From Cyanobacteriota bacterium (GTDB taxonomy: Bacteria; Cyanobacteriota; Cyanobacteriia; Thermostichales; Thermostichaceae), in NCBI GenBank assembly GCA_033764955.1, contig JANRIL010000020.1:104621-168620 (forward strand): a DNA stretch of 64,000 nucleotides, given 5' to 3'. Below, in pieces: positions 41,103 through 53,900 of the stretch. The notes beneath the pieces were generated by a model. The model was not told where the DNA came from. It searched no databases and was given only the letters and a program-made list of their open reading frames with translations. The position numbers were made by a program, and so were the translations under genes. How positions within the stretch are numbered: the first letter of the stretch is position 1; each line of letters starts with the position of its first letter.

Positions 41103-42227
41103 ATGGCTGGCGTAACCTTTGATCATGTCACCAAAAAATATGGCGACACTACCGTGGTCAGCGACTTAAACATCACGATTGAGGATGGAGAATTTTTAGT
41201 ATTTGTTGGGCCATCCGGTTGTGGCAAAACCACTTCCCTCCGCATGTTGGCGGGTCTAGAAGCCATTAGTCAGGGCAACATTTATATCGGGGATCGCTGC
41301 GTCAACCAAGTTCCCCCCAAAGATCGAGACATTGCGATGGTCTTTCAGTCCTATGCCCTTTATCCCCACATGACGGTGGCGGAGAACATGTCTTTTGGCC
41401 TAAAGTTGCGCTCCGTGCCACGGGCGGAAATCGAAAGTCGGGTCAAAAGCGTGGCCAAGCGCCTGGGTATTGAGCACCTGCTGGCTCGCAAACCCAAGGA
41501 ACTATCTGGGGGACAACGGCAACGGGTGGCGGTGGGGCGCGCCATTGTTCGCAATCCGGCGGTCTTTTTGATGGATGAACCCCTCTCTAACCTGGATGCC
41601 AAACTGCGGGTACAGGCGCGGGCTGAAATCAGCAAGCTGCACACCCAACTGGGCACAACCTTTATCTATGTCACCCACGATCAGGTGGAAGCCATGACGA
41701 TGGGATCCCGCATTGCCGTCATGAAAGACGGGCACCTTCAGCAAATCGATACCCCCCAACACCTCTATAGCCATCCCAGCAACATTTTTGTGGCCGGATT
41801 TATCGGTAGCCCCGCCATGAACTTCTTCACGGTGCGTCTGGTGGAAGGGGATCCCGACTGGGTGCTGGAGTCCGCATCCTTTCGCCTGCCGCTCTTGCCT
41901 CAACAGGTTGTCCAATACCAAGCCTACCGTGGTCAGGAGGTGATCCTAGGGATCCGCCCCGAAAACATCCATGACCCGCAGTATTTGCCCCAAGGGATCC
42001 AACCGACTCTGATCAAAGCTAGAGTAACGGTGATCGAGCAAATGGGGAACGAAGTGATCCTATATCTGGCCACCCCTGATCGCGACGGAACCCAAGCCGA
42101 ACAGGAGTTTGTAGCACGAGTCGATCCGCGCACCCACATTCAGGTGGGGCAATGGGTAGAGGTTGCCTTGGATCGGGAACGACTGCATCTTTTTGATCGG
42201 CAAACCGAAAAAACTATCGCGGGCTAA
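41103..42227 (+). CDS. Carbohydrate ABC transporter ATP-binding subunit (MsiK/UgpC/MalK family)
   Basis: GPSGCGKT, LSGGQRQR, DEPLSNLDAKLR, C-terminal TOBE region. Confidence 0.93.
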   Translation: MAGVTFDHVTKKYGDTTVVSDLNITIEDGEFLVFVGPSGCGKTTSLRMLAGLEAISQGNIYIGDRCVNQVPPKDRDIAMVFQSYALYPHMTVAENMSFGLKLRSVPRAEIESRVKSVAKRLGIEHLLARKPKELSGGQRQRVAVGRAIVRNPAVFLMDEPLSNLDAKLRVQARAEISKLHTQLGTTFIYVTHDQVEAMTMGSRIAVMKDGHLQQIDTPQHLYSHPSNIFVAGFIGSPAMNFFTVRLVEGDPDWVLESASFRLPLLPQQVVQYQAYRGQEVILGIRPENIHDPQYLPQGIQPTLIKARVTVIEQMGNEVILYLATPDRDGTQAEQEFVARVDPRTHIQVGQWVEVALDRERLHLFDRQTEKTIAG

Positions 42228-42269
42228 TTTCTATACGGATCCTTCTCCCACCCACTCTCAGGAGACGCT

Positions 42270-43061
42270 ATGGCCGGACTATCCACAAGCCGTTGGCTGC
42301 CCCAAGTCATCTTGGCGGGCGGTGCCCTCTTAATTGTTTTGAGTACCAATCCGTTTCGGTTTGTCGAAAATGGCGAAAATTTGGTGGTGTTTTCCTGGTT
42401 TGAAGGGGTCAAACCCACCCCCTTGCAACCGGGCTTTCACCTCGTCACCCCGATTGTTACGTCCACAATTCCCTTTGATATCAAAACCCGTGCCCTCACC
42501 TGGAAAGATGAGGATGGAACCGCCTATGGCCCCCGCTTAGTTTCTCTGTCCCGTGATGGACAAGAAATTCGCTCGGAAGTGACGCTGCAATTTCGCGTGT
42601 CGGATCCCCCAACTGTTTTTAATACCTTAGGGGTGGACTATGTGGATCGAATTGCCCCGATTGTTCGCTCCGTGATTGCTTCCGAAACTGCGGCTTTTTC
42701 TGCTCAGGCTCTCTACTCTACCGAAAGACCCGTCTTGCAGGTACAAATTCAAGAGCGAGTTTCCAGTTATCTGCAACCTTTTGGAATCACCGTCCAGGAA
42801 CTTTTGCTGCGAGATGTCGATTTTGATCCGGATTTTGTCGCGGCTATCGAATCCAAAACGATTGCTGAAAATCAACTGGCAAAAAAAGAATTTGAGATCG
42901 AACAAGCCCGTCAAGATGCCCGTTCGGTGATTGCCGAGGCGCAAGCAGAAGCGGGATCCCTAGAGGCAAAAGCCAATGCTTTGACCCAAAATCCTGAATA
43001 TTTAGAAGTCGTTAAATCGGGAGTTCTGGGTGACACCCTCAATACTCTTGTGAGCCGATAA
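42270..43061 (+). CDS. SPFH/prohibitin-family membrane protein
   Basis: N-terminal TM, PGFHLVTP, SRDGQEI...LLRDVDF...AIESK, coiled-coil. Confidence 0.85.
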   Translation: MAGLSTSRWLPQVILAGGALLIVLSTNPFRFVENGENLVVFSWFEGVKPTPLQPGFHLVTPIVTSTIPFDIKTRALTWKDEDGTAYGPRLVSLSRDGQEIRSEVTLQFRVSDPPTVFNTLGVDYVDRIAPIVRSVIASETAAFSAQALYSTERPVLQVQIQERVSSYLQPFGITVQELLLRDVDFDPDFVAAIESKTIAENQLAKKEFEIEQARQDARSVIAEAQAEAGSLEAKANALTQNPEYLEVVKSGVLGDTLNTLVSR

Positions 43062-43113
43062 TCCCTCAGAAAAATTAATACCCGCTATCTATGCCAAAAG
43101 CAGGAGATGAACG

Positions 43114-44064
43114 ATGTCTTCATCCTTACCGTTACCCAAATTTATTGTTCCCACCGCCATTGGTATTGGTGTTCTTGCCCTTGTGATTCAAGCTCGCCCT
43201 TTTCTTTATGTAACCGAACCCGGTAGTGCCACAGTTATTTTTAATGCCTTTTCGGGTCTACAAAAAGATCGGGTTGAGAAGCCGGGGGTCACTTTGATTA
43301 CCCCTCTGATTGATCGACCCATTACTTACAATGTCCGCACCAAGGTTTGGGAGTTTACGGATGATCCCAATTCTTTTAATCAAGCCAGTAATGCTATTAC
43401 CGTCAACACGGCTGATGGACAAGCCTTTACTGTTGATGTTTCGATTGCCCTCAAACCCAATGAAGTAACCCTCGATAATCTTCATGCCGAAATTGGACAA
43501 AACTATATGGCGACGGTGGTGGTTCCGGTGGTGCGTTCTAAGTTTCGGGATATTTCGGCAGGATTTGAATCGGAGGATTTTTATCAAAAAGAGCGTCGTA
43601 CTGAGATCGAACAAAAAGCAACCGATCTGATCCGACAGGAGATGCCGACGGCGGATGTGAATGGAGCACCAGTGCCCCTAATTTTGATTGAGAGCATTTT
43701 TGTTGGCACCGCCAACTTCCCCCCCGCCCTTAAAGATTCTATTGAACAACGGCAAGTGGCCTCGATTACTGCCCAAACCGCTAGAGTCAGAGCCGAAATT
43801 CAGGACAAAGAAACTCAACGACTGTTAATCTTGGCGGAAGCCAACCAACGAGCCATCGAACTGAAAGGTCAAGCCGCCGCCAAAAATGCCGAGTTGGCGG
43901 ATTTGCTCTTTTACGAACGTCTAGAAGATCGGATTCGCCGTGCCCGTGCCGCAGGGGATCCCCCACCTCTGGGGGTGATTCGCATTGAAGGGGACTCGAC
44001 GGTTTTCCTGAATGTGGATCCGCAAAAAGCGATGGCGGTGACTACATCGCAGCCCCAACAATAG
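43114..44064 (+). CDS. SPFH/prohibitin-family membrane protein (second paralog)
   Basis: N-terminal TM, PGVTLITP, TADGQ, SIEQRQVA, AEA...AIELKGQA. Confidence 0.85.
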   Translation: MSSSLPLPKFIVPTAIGIGVLALVIQARPFLYVTEPGSATVIFNAFSGLQKDRVEKPGVTLITPLIDRPITYNVRTKVWEFTDDPNSFNQASNAITVNTADGQAFTVDVSIALKPNEVTLDNLHAEIGQNYMATVVVPVVRSKFRDISAGFESEDFYQKERRTEIEQKATDLIRQEMPTADVNGAPVPLILIESIFVGTANFPPALKDSIEQRQVASITAQTARVRAEIQDKETQRLLILAEANQRAIELKGQAAAKNAELADLLFYERLEDRIRRARAAGDPPPLGVIRIEGDSTVFLNVDPQKAMAVTTSQPQQ

Positions 44065-44139
44065 GTCAAAAAACTTAGGCAGAGGGCGGGGGTAAGATAT
44101 ACTGCCTGGAGAGTCTTCAGCCATTCATTAGGTATTGGG

Positions 44140-45690
44140 ATGAACGTTTTGCTGTTTTCCCCCATATTCCCCAAAACCTTTTGGTCATTTGAGCGGGTTT
44201 TGCAATTGGTGGGACGGCAGGTTTTGTTGCCCCCGCTGGGGCTGATTACCGTTGCCGCCTTGCTTCCCCAAGACTGGAATTTTCGCTTGGTGGATCGCAA
44301 TATTGCTCCAGCCTTAGAGGCCGATTGGCAATGGGCGGATTTAATCGTGATTTCGGCCATGATGGTGCAAAAAGCCGATTTCCTCTTCCTGATCCAAGAA
44401 GGGAAGCGCCGAGGCAAGCGCGTGGCGGTGGGAGGACCTTATCCCACCTCGTTGCCGGAGGAAGCCCTGGCGGCTGGGGCAGACTATCTGGTTTTGGATG
44501 AGGGAGAACACACGATCCCAATGTTTGTGCAGGCGCTTGCCCAAGGGGATCCCCAGGGAATCTTTCGCAGCCCTGACAAGCCGGATATCACCCAAACTCC
44601 TATCCCCCGCTACGACCTGCTCAATCTATCGGCTTATGATTCCATGTCGGTACAATTTTCGCGGGGCTGCCCTTTTCAATGTGAGTTCTGCGACATCATC
44701 GTCTTGTATGGCCGCAAACCCCGCACCAAAACCCCAGAACAACTGCTGGCGGAGTTGCAGACCCTCTATGACTTGGGTTGGAACCGCTCCGTTTTTGTCG
44801 TGGATGACAACTTTATCGGCAACCAGCGGAATGTCAAAGTCCTTCTGCGCCAGTTGATCCCTTGGATGCAGGAACGGGGCTATCCCTTTTCGTTTATTAC
44901 GGAGGCTTCGGTCAATCTGGCGGAGGATCCCGAACTGTTGGAGTTGATGGTGGAAGCCGGGTTTGACTCGGTGTTTTTGGGCATCGAAACCCCTGATGAA
45001 GCCAGTTTGGATCTGACCAAGAAGTTTCAAAACAATCGTCAGCCGCTGGTGGAGTCCTGTCAGCGGATCACACAGGCGGGTTTGCGGCTGTTGGCGGGCT
45101 TCATTATTGGCTTTGACGGTGAGAAAGCGGGGGCAGGTCAACGGATTGTCCAGTTTGTTGAGGAAACCGGGATCCCCGATGCCATGTTTAGTATGCTGCA
45201 AGCCCTGCCAGGAACCGCTCTCTGGGCGCGGCTGGAGAAAGAAGGACGGCTGCGGGATCTGGGAACGGGCATGAACCAAAGCACCCTCATGAATTTTGAA
45301 CCCACCCGCCCCCTTCAGCAAATCGCCGAAGAATATGTGCAAGCCTTCTGGGAACTCTACGAGCCGGAGCGATTTTTGCGTCGTTGTTATCGCTATGCCC
45401 TGCAATTGGGATCCCCCAAAGGCAAGCGCCCCTTCAAACTTCCTCAATGGCCGGAGGTGCGTGGCCTGTTGACCGTCGCTTGGTTACAAGGGATCCAACG
45501 AGCCGAAACTCGTCGCCTGTTTTGGAGCCAGTTGTGGAGTCTCTGGCAAAACAATCCAGCAGCGATTGTGCCCTATCTCACTGTCTGCGCCCACGGGGAA
45601 CACTTTTTTGAGTTTCGCCAAGAGGTTCGCCAGCAAATCGGATCCCAGTTGGCGGAGCAGATCACGCATCGAGATCTCGAACGGGTTTAG
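44140..45690 (+). CDS. B12-binding radical SAM protein with C-terminal DUF4070
   Basis: FPKTFWSF, PPLGLITVAA, SRGCPFQCEFCD, DDNFIGN. Confidence 0.9.
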   Translation: MNVLLFSPIFPKTFWSFERVLQLVGRQVLLPPLGLITVAALLPQDWNFRLVDRNIAPALEADWQWADLIVISAMMVQKADFLFLIQEGKRRGKRVAVGGPYPTSLPEEALAAGADYLVLDEGEHTIPMFVQALAQGDPQGIFRSPDKPDITQTPIPRYDLLNLSAYDSMSVQFSRGCPFQCEFCDIIVLYGRKPRTKTPEQLLAELQTLYDLGWNRSVFVVDDNFIGNQRNVKVLLRQLIPWMQERGYPFSFITEASVNLAEDPELLELMVEAGFDSVFLGIETPDEASLDLTKKFQNNRQPLVESCQRITQAGLRLLAGFIIGFDGEKAGAGQRIVQFVEETGIPDAMFSMLQALPGTALWARLEKEGRLRDLGTGMNQSTLMNFEPTRPLQQIAEEYVQAFWELYEPERFLRRCYRYALQLGSPKGKRPFKLPQWPEVRGLLTVAWLQGIQRAETRRLFWSQLWSLWQNNPAAIVPYLTVCAHGEHFFEFRQEVRQQIGSQLAEQITHRDLERV

Positions 45691-45773
45691 CGCACCTACG
45701 ATTATTGGCCTAACCGATATTAAGGAGGCCAAATGCCCCAGAAACTCCGCCTACAAGCTGATTATTGGATTGA

Positions 45774-47513
<1,740 letters not shown>

Positions 47514-47521
47514 AGGGGATA

Positions 47522-49261
47522 TCAGGCCGGAGACTGCAAAGCCTGCAAAATGGTCTGAATTTGGTTGAGCTGCTCTTGACTCGTTTGTTCCGCCTGGGCT
47601 TTTTGACTCAACACCTCTGAAAGGTGGTCAATCTGCTGCTGCCAGCCACTCAGTCGATCCCGCTCCTGTTGCAGGAGGTCTTGCCGTTGCTGCAAGCGTC
47701 CCCAGGTTTCTGCGATCCCCTGGAGTTGACCGCGTAGGGATCCCTCCTCGCCCTCCAGTTGCCTCCAGCGCTGCTCCATCTCCTCCTGCTGCAAAGTCAG
47801 GGTTTCCTGCTGAGTCCGCAGCGCATCGGACAATTGCTGTAGCTGAGTCTCCAGCCGCTCCTTTTCATCGATATGAGATTGCTTCTGCTCATTCAATTGC
47901 GCCAACATCGGTCCAATATCCACCGTGGGCATCGCTGCCACCGCTACTGCTGTTCCTCCCTTGAGTTGAGCCAAACGGGCTTCTTGTCTGACCAACTCTT
48001 CATATTCTCGCTGTAGGCTCTCCTGTTGGGGAAACAAGGTTTCCTCTAGTGCCACGCAAGCGGATTGAGCGTAGTCGATATCCATCTCAATTTCCATCCG
48101 CTCATCAGGAGAAGCAGTCGTTAGTCGTTCTTGCAGCTCATAGAGGCTTTGTCGATTTTGTTCTAACTCTGCCATTTGTTGGTTGACTTGCGCCGAGCGT
48201 TGGTCGTACTGTCGCCGCAGGTTTTGTACCACCTTGGTCAGTTCTTCGGGAGAAATTGCCTCCTCTTGAGGTTTGGTCGAACTGCCCACCCCTGAGTTGG
48301 CGGTAATAAAATCGTAATCCCGTACCAACCCATAGGCGTAACGGTTGATGTCTTCCTGAAGTTGAATCTGTTCCGTCAGTTTTTGGATCTGCTCTTGGCG
48401 AACCCGCCGCAATGCCTCTTGGTTGCGTACCTCCGCTAGGGCTTGATCAAGGGTGAGGCGAGCCTTCAGCCATTCCTGCCGCCGACCTAACCAAGCTTGT
48501 AACGCTCGATCGGCCTCCTGTTGCTGTTGCTGAGTGCGGTTTCGTTCTTCATTGAGCTGGTCGAAAGCATGATCTAGCTCCTGCCGCCGTTGCTGGAGTT
48601 GTTGCTGAACAGGCTGGACATACCCCCCAACATCCCCACCTGAGCGCCAACCCGCTTGCAGTTGGCTGATCAGTCCCTCTAATTGTTGAGCCTCGGCTTC
48701 GCTGAGACGACTTTGTTGGGCTTCGTCTAGGCGGGCTTGCAATTCCTGCTGTTGCTGATTGAGGGATTCTCGCTGTTGGCCAATTAACCGTTGTTGATCG
48801 GCAATATGAGCTTCTAAAGCGGCGATTTCCTCTCGCTTCGCCTCTAGGATTTTGCTTTCTTCCTGCACCGACTGATATTTCTCAAACAGCCGTTGTAGCT
48901 CCTCTTCTTGAGCTTCTAGCTCCATCTCTCGACGGTTGAGTTCTTGGCTCTGAAAGGTGAGGGAAGACTTCCAGGTTTCGATTTCTTCTTCTTGGGTGCG
49001 GGCTTTATCTTGAAGGCGAGTAAAGTTTTGTAAGTAGGTGACCAATTGTTTCCCCGCTTCATTGATGCGGGTAATTTGACGGTTGCTGGCGATATCGGCC
49101 AAAACCATCTGACCATCTTTTAATCGCTGAATCAATTGAGAATCGACCGCCGCCGGTTCTTCGTTGACCCCCTGCCAGACGTTTTCCTGTACCTGCTTGG
49201 CTAACAGGAGCAGGGTTGGCCTACCCAAAGTCGGCTTGCTTAACTCAGCTAGATACAGCAC
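47522..49261 (-). CDS. hmpF: Pilus/motility coiled-coil protein HmpF
   Basis: MLYLAE start, EEEIETWK.SLT.QSQELNRREMELEA, long coiled coil. Confidence 0.85.
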   Translation of the reverse strand: MLYLAELSKPTLGRPTLLLLAKQVQENVWQGVNEEPAAVDSQLIQRLKDGQMVLADIASNRQITRINEAGKQLVTYLQNFTRLQDKARTQEEEIETWKSSLTFQSQELNRREMELEAQEEELQRLFEKYQSVQEESKILEAKREEIAALEAHIADQQRLIGQQRESLNQQQQELQARLDEAQQSRLSEAEAQQLEGLISQLQAGWRSGGDVGGYVQPVQQQLQQRRQELDHAFDQLNEERNRTQQQQQEADRALQAWLGRRQEWLKARLTLDQALAEVRNQEALRRVRQEQIQKLTEQIQLQEDINRYAYGLVRDYDFITANSGVGSSTKPQEEAISPEELTKVVQNLRRQYDQRSAQVNQQMAELEQNRQSLYELQERLTTASPDERMEIEMDIDYAQSACVALEETLFPQQESLQREYEELVRQEARLAQLKGGTAVAVAAMPTVDIGPMLAQLNEQKQSHIDEKERLETQLQQLSDALRTQQETLTLQQEEMEQRWRQLEGEEGSLRGQLQGIAETWGRLQQRQDLLQQERDRLSGWQQQIDHLSEVLSQKAQAEQTSQEQLNQIQTILQALQSPA

Positions 49262-49759
49262 GCTGAAACTCCCTCAAAATAATCAAGACCTTTCATCTCC
49301 ATCCAACCAGCTAGAAGCATCTGGATATCCAAATTGAGAAAACCCAGACTCTCTAGCCAATTGTGTTGAATGAAACCCCATAGATGCTTATTCTAAGCTT
49401 GACCCAAGTTAACCAAGTAAAGGCTAATCCTTTACTTTTACCGTAGTGTCATTGTAACCACGACACCTCAATAGCTAGCTGTTCATTTTGCCATGATCTC
49501 AAACCTCTGGAGGGGAGTGTGGGGATGATAGGGATGGTGGCCAGAGAGGGGGAGATCCCAGGTTATTCTCACCTCACCCCCTTGCAACCATTATCGTAGT
49601 CACAAACTCAAAAAGTTGATATCCCCGATGCTTAAGGGATGATGCAGGGGATTGAGTGGGCGGGCTTTGCCACCCATCATCATCTGTTTAGTGCCAATTC
49701 GGGGAGGGGGATCCCTCAGATTCGCTACAGTTGCATAGGGTACTGTTTGGTGAAGCCTC

Positions 49760-50968
49760 ATGAATGTTCCTCCGGTGCGTTGGCTGCAAGTTTGGATTCT
49801 AGCGGCTCTCCAGGGATCCATCACCCTATGTTGGGTGATTTACAACTTCTATATTCCGCAGTTTTTGGAGGGGTTGGGGTTCACGGCGGGGGTGGCGATG
49901 CTGCTGCAACTGATTGAGAATGCGTTGGCGGCTGTGATCGAACCGATCATGGGAGCGGCCTCGGATCAAACTCGCCTCTGGATGAGTAGTCGCTTTCCCC
50001 TGATAGCGGCGGGGGTGTTGGGATCGGCGGTTTTGTTTGTAGGGATCCCATGGGTGGGGGACTGGTCAGAAGCCCGACTCATCCTGCCCATGCTGGCGGT
50101 AGTGTGGGCTGTCGCCATGAGTGTTTTTCGCAGTCCGGCGATGGCGCTTCTGGGAAGCTATGCCTCGGCGACGCAACTTCCTCAAGCTACAGCGATTCTC
50201 ACCTTGGTGGGAGGGCTGACGGGGGCGCTGTCTCCCCTCACCCAAACGGCCATCCTCAACCTTGGCCCTACCGCCGCTTTTCTGGTGGGATCGATTGTCC
50301 TACTGGTGGTGGCTAGTGTTTTGCGAGGGGTTGCGGGATCCCTAGCGGCGGAACCATCGGGATCCCTGCCCACCGTTATCTCTCAGGCATCAACCGCTTC
50401 ACCGCAACCACTAGCTCTGCCCTCACTGGCAGGTATTTTTATGCTGGGCTTGGGGGTAGCTTTAGGATTTCGGATGATGGTGACGGCTTTCCCCAGCGTC
50501 TTGATAGATCTGGGAGCCAATTTTAGCTTCCCCCAAATTATTGCGGGCATTCTGTTTGTTTCGGGGCTGGCGGCGATCCCGGTGGGACGCTGGGCTACCC
50601 AATGGGGAAACTCGACAACGCTGCTGGCGGGGTTGCTGGGCATGGGGATCGGCCTACTGATCACGCTGGGGATCCCTCATCTGCTGGTTGGTTATCTGCT
50701 GATTGGTTTATTTGGCCTCAGTTTTAGCCTGATCAATACGAGTGCTTTTAGCCTTTCCCTACTTTGGGTTCCGCCAGAACGAGCGGGTTTGGGAATTGGC
50801 CTTTATTTTGGCGGATTTAGTGGGGGGATGGCAGTGGTCAACACCCTACTGGTGGTGCGCCCCGAAATTCCTCATTTAGCCCTAGTGGGTCTGGGTATCA
50901 TCGGTCTCGGACTGGCACAGTTGGGAGTTTTCCTGGGGCAAACCCTCTCAACCCAAAATCATCCCTGA
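49760..50968 (+). CDS. MFS transporter
   Basis: About 12 TM segments; EPIMGAASD...SRFP, FRSPA.ALLG. Confidence 0.85.
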   Translation: MNVPPVRWLQVWILAALQGSITLCWVIYNFYIPQFLEGLGFTAGVAMLLQLIENALAAVIEPIMGAASDQTRLWMSSRFPLIAAGVLGSAVLFVGIPWVGDWSEARLILPMLAVVWAVAMSVFRSPAMALLGSYASATQLPQATAILTLVGGLTGALSPLTQTAILNLGPTAAFLVGSIVLLVVASVLRGVAGSLAAEPSGSLPTVISQASTASPQPLALPSLAGIFMLGLGVALGFRMMVTAFPSVLIDLGANFSFPQIIAGILFVSGLAAIPVGRWATQWGNSTTLLAGLLGMGIGLLITLGIPHLLVGYLLIGLFGLSFSLINTSAFSLSLLWVPPERAGLGIGLYFGGFSGGMAVVNTLLVVRPEIPHLALVGLGIIGLGLAQLGVFLGQTLSTQNHP

Positions 50969-53900
50969 CCGCAAGCGCCAGACCGCTCAACCGAGAGGGG
51001 CGGTAAATCAAAATAGAATGTTGTGCCTTTTCCCTCTTCAGTAACGAAATCAATCTTGCCCCCCATGTTTTCAATAATGGCTTTGCAAATACTCAGACCT
51101 AATCCCGTACCTCCCTTTTGCCGCGTGTCGGAGGAATCGGCTTGGGCAAATTTCTGAAAAATTTGGCTGTGGAATGCAGCGGGGATCCCAGGCCCATGAT
51201 CGGAGACAGCCACTCGCAAGAAATAAGCGGGAGTCATCGGCTCTCCCTGAAGCTCTGCCTCCGTTGAGAGAGCAGCTCCCACGGGGGACACAGCCTCCAG
51301 GATACGTTGAACGGAAACGGTCACGGTAGATTGCGGGGGAGAAAATTTAGCAGCATTCGAGAGCAGATTGATCATGACCTGCATTAATCGGTTGCTATCA
51401 ACTAGCACCTTATCGAAGTTAGCGGAGGTGTCCCCCTCACCGTCTGCATTGGTCAAGGTGGACAAATGGTTCTCCAGTTGAAAAACCACTTCAAATTGCT
51501 TGGCATAAGCCTGGCTGGCTTCGATAGATTGCTGCACCAGAGTAACTAAATCAACGGCTTTTAGATCAAAAGCCATCTTACCCGATTCAATCTTTTCAAT
51601 ATCCAAAATATCATTGATTAACAAAACCAGGCGGCGAGTATTTTTATAGGCAATATCAATCAATAGATGCACCTGATCCGGAAGCCTGCCGGCAATCCCT
51701 CCATTGATGAGTCCCAGGGATCCCTGAATGGAGGTCATGGGAGTTCTCAACTCATGGCTGACCATTGAAACAAACTCGTTTTTCATGCGCTCAACTTTCT
51801 TATATTCGGTAATATCCCGATAGCTCCAAACCCGCCCTGCGATAGTGTTATTGATCGTTTGGGGGTAAGAATAGCGCTCAAAAATACGGCCAGAAGCAAG
51901 CTCAACTAAATCAGTACTGATCAGTTGAGGATGACAATAAATCGCCTGGGTTCCTGAAATAAATCCCTGAGGATCCTGGGTTTGGTGAGCCATGAGAGCT
52001 AGCCAAACTTCGGCATCAAAGTTGAGGAGTGATGACTCTGGAATTTCCCACATTTCTGCAAAACGACGATTAACAGCAATGACCTTTTGATAGAGATCAG
52101 TGGCTAAAATTCCATCGGCTGTTGCGTCTAACGTTGCTTTCAGGAGAGACAGAGACTTACCCAGTTCGGCTTCTGTCTGTTGACGAACAAAAATCTGATT
52201 TTGCAATTCCTGTAGCGTTAATTCTAACTCATGGTTTTTCTCAGTTAGTTGCTGGGTTCTCTGAGCTACCCGCTGCTCCAAAGTGGAATACAAAAACGCA
52301 TTTTCAATAGAGATAGCAGCTTGAGAAGAAAGAATACTCAAAATCTCAAGACGATCGGGGGTGAAAGCGGAAGTAGTTAGGTTATTCTCTAGATAAAAAA
52401 TACCCGTCAGTCGCCCTTGATGAAAAATGGGTGAACAGAGAATAGATTTTGGCTGATGAACTTGCACATAGGGATCTTGATTAAAAGGTTGCTGTTGTCG
52501 GGCATCATTAATAATTAAGCTTTCTTGGGTGCGTTGCACATAATAAATAATTGAAAATGGTATATCAGAATAAGTATTAATGGGCTGGGATTGCAAAAGA
52601 TGAATATGAGATTGATTGACTTGGGCAACAGCTTCTACAACCAATTGATTGTTTTTTGATAATATCAATGCACCATATTCCGCCCCAGCATTTTCAATGA
52701 CTAACTGCATCAATGTCTCTAAAAGAAGTGGCAAATCAATTTGAGAAGAAAGGGCTTGTGAGGCACGAGTGACACTTACTAAATCGAGGGATCCGGGGGC
52801 TGCTACGAAAGGGCGAGAGGTATCAGATGGGTGGGAAGAAGCAAGCAAAGTCGTCAGTTTTAAGTCGGGATAACGGTTTTCTAAGTCTGACACCTTGGCT
52901 ACGGATCCCCACTGTTGATAGTGATGGTAGGCTGACTTTAGATAGGTGCGAGCATGGCGTGTCAAGCCCTTTTGATGATAGAAGCTACCCGCCAGTTCAT
53001 AAATGAGAGCCTGATTTTGCATAAACTTTTGTTCACTGGCCGCATCAATGGCTAGATCATAGTTTTGCATAGCTAGTAAATCATTTCCTTCCAGTCGAGC
53101 TTCTTCTGCTTCCAACAATAGTAGTTTGTGTTGATAATTATCTGGGCAGTCTTTAGCCCAGCTAGCAATACGCTGTTTTTGGACTTGGAATGCTTGCTTA
53201 ATAGCCGTCTGTTTTTCTAGGGATCCCTGTTTGCTTAGTTGAACTAGGGTGAGTGCATAGTAAAATGCATGTTCCCCAATTCGTAGTTGACCTACGGAGG
53301 CTTGTTCATAGTCAAGAGCTGCTTTTGCCGACTGTTCGGCGGCAGTAAAGTGACCAAACAGGTAAAGGAATTGAGTTTTAAGAATATAATAAAGATGAAC
53401 AGCAGAACGCAAACCAGCAGACTCTAAAAAAACTAGATAACTCGGTTTCTTTTCAGTTTCTTGTAGATACTTATCAAAAGTATCTGTGCTTTGATCAGGC
53501 TGTTGTAAACAATGGACTAAGGTTCGACAAAGAATCGGAAAAGGGTACTCCGCTTTGAATTGAATTTGGGTAAGGAAATCCAGACAGTTTTTGGCATCAA
53601 TTTCTACTTCGGTGAGGGGATCCCCTTGCACAAGCGTTCGATAACTGTAGATCGTACTGGCAAATCCGGCATGAACCAAATCTCCTGCTTCTAAGCAATA
53701 TTGAAAGGATTTAAGAGCCAGTTGGCGAGATTTTCGCACATGCACAACCCAGTGATCGATATGGCAGGAAAAAGCTTGTAGCGCTCGCCCGCGTGCCGGA
53801 GACTGGGGAAATTCTTCAGCAATTTGAATTCCCACCTCTCCAAAAGCATAGGCTCGTTGATAATCGGCTAAACGGGATCCCATAAAGATTCCGAAGCTGG

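Noticed and set aside
44140..45690. Hopanoid C-2 methylase HpnP
   Set aside because: The N-terminus is the generic FPKTFWSF type of the DUF4070 paralogs, and there are no hopanoid genes nearby; it cannot be called hpnP without a phylogeny.
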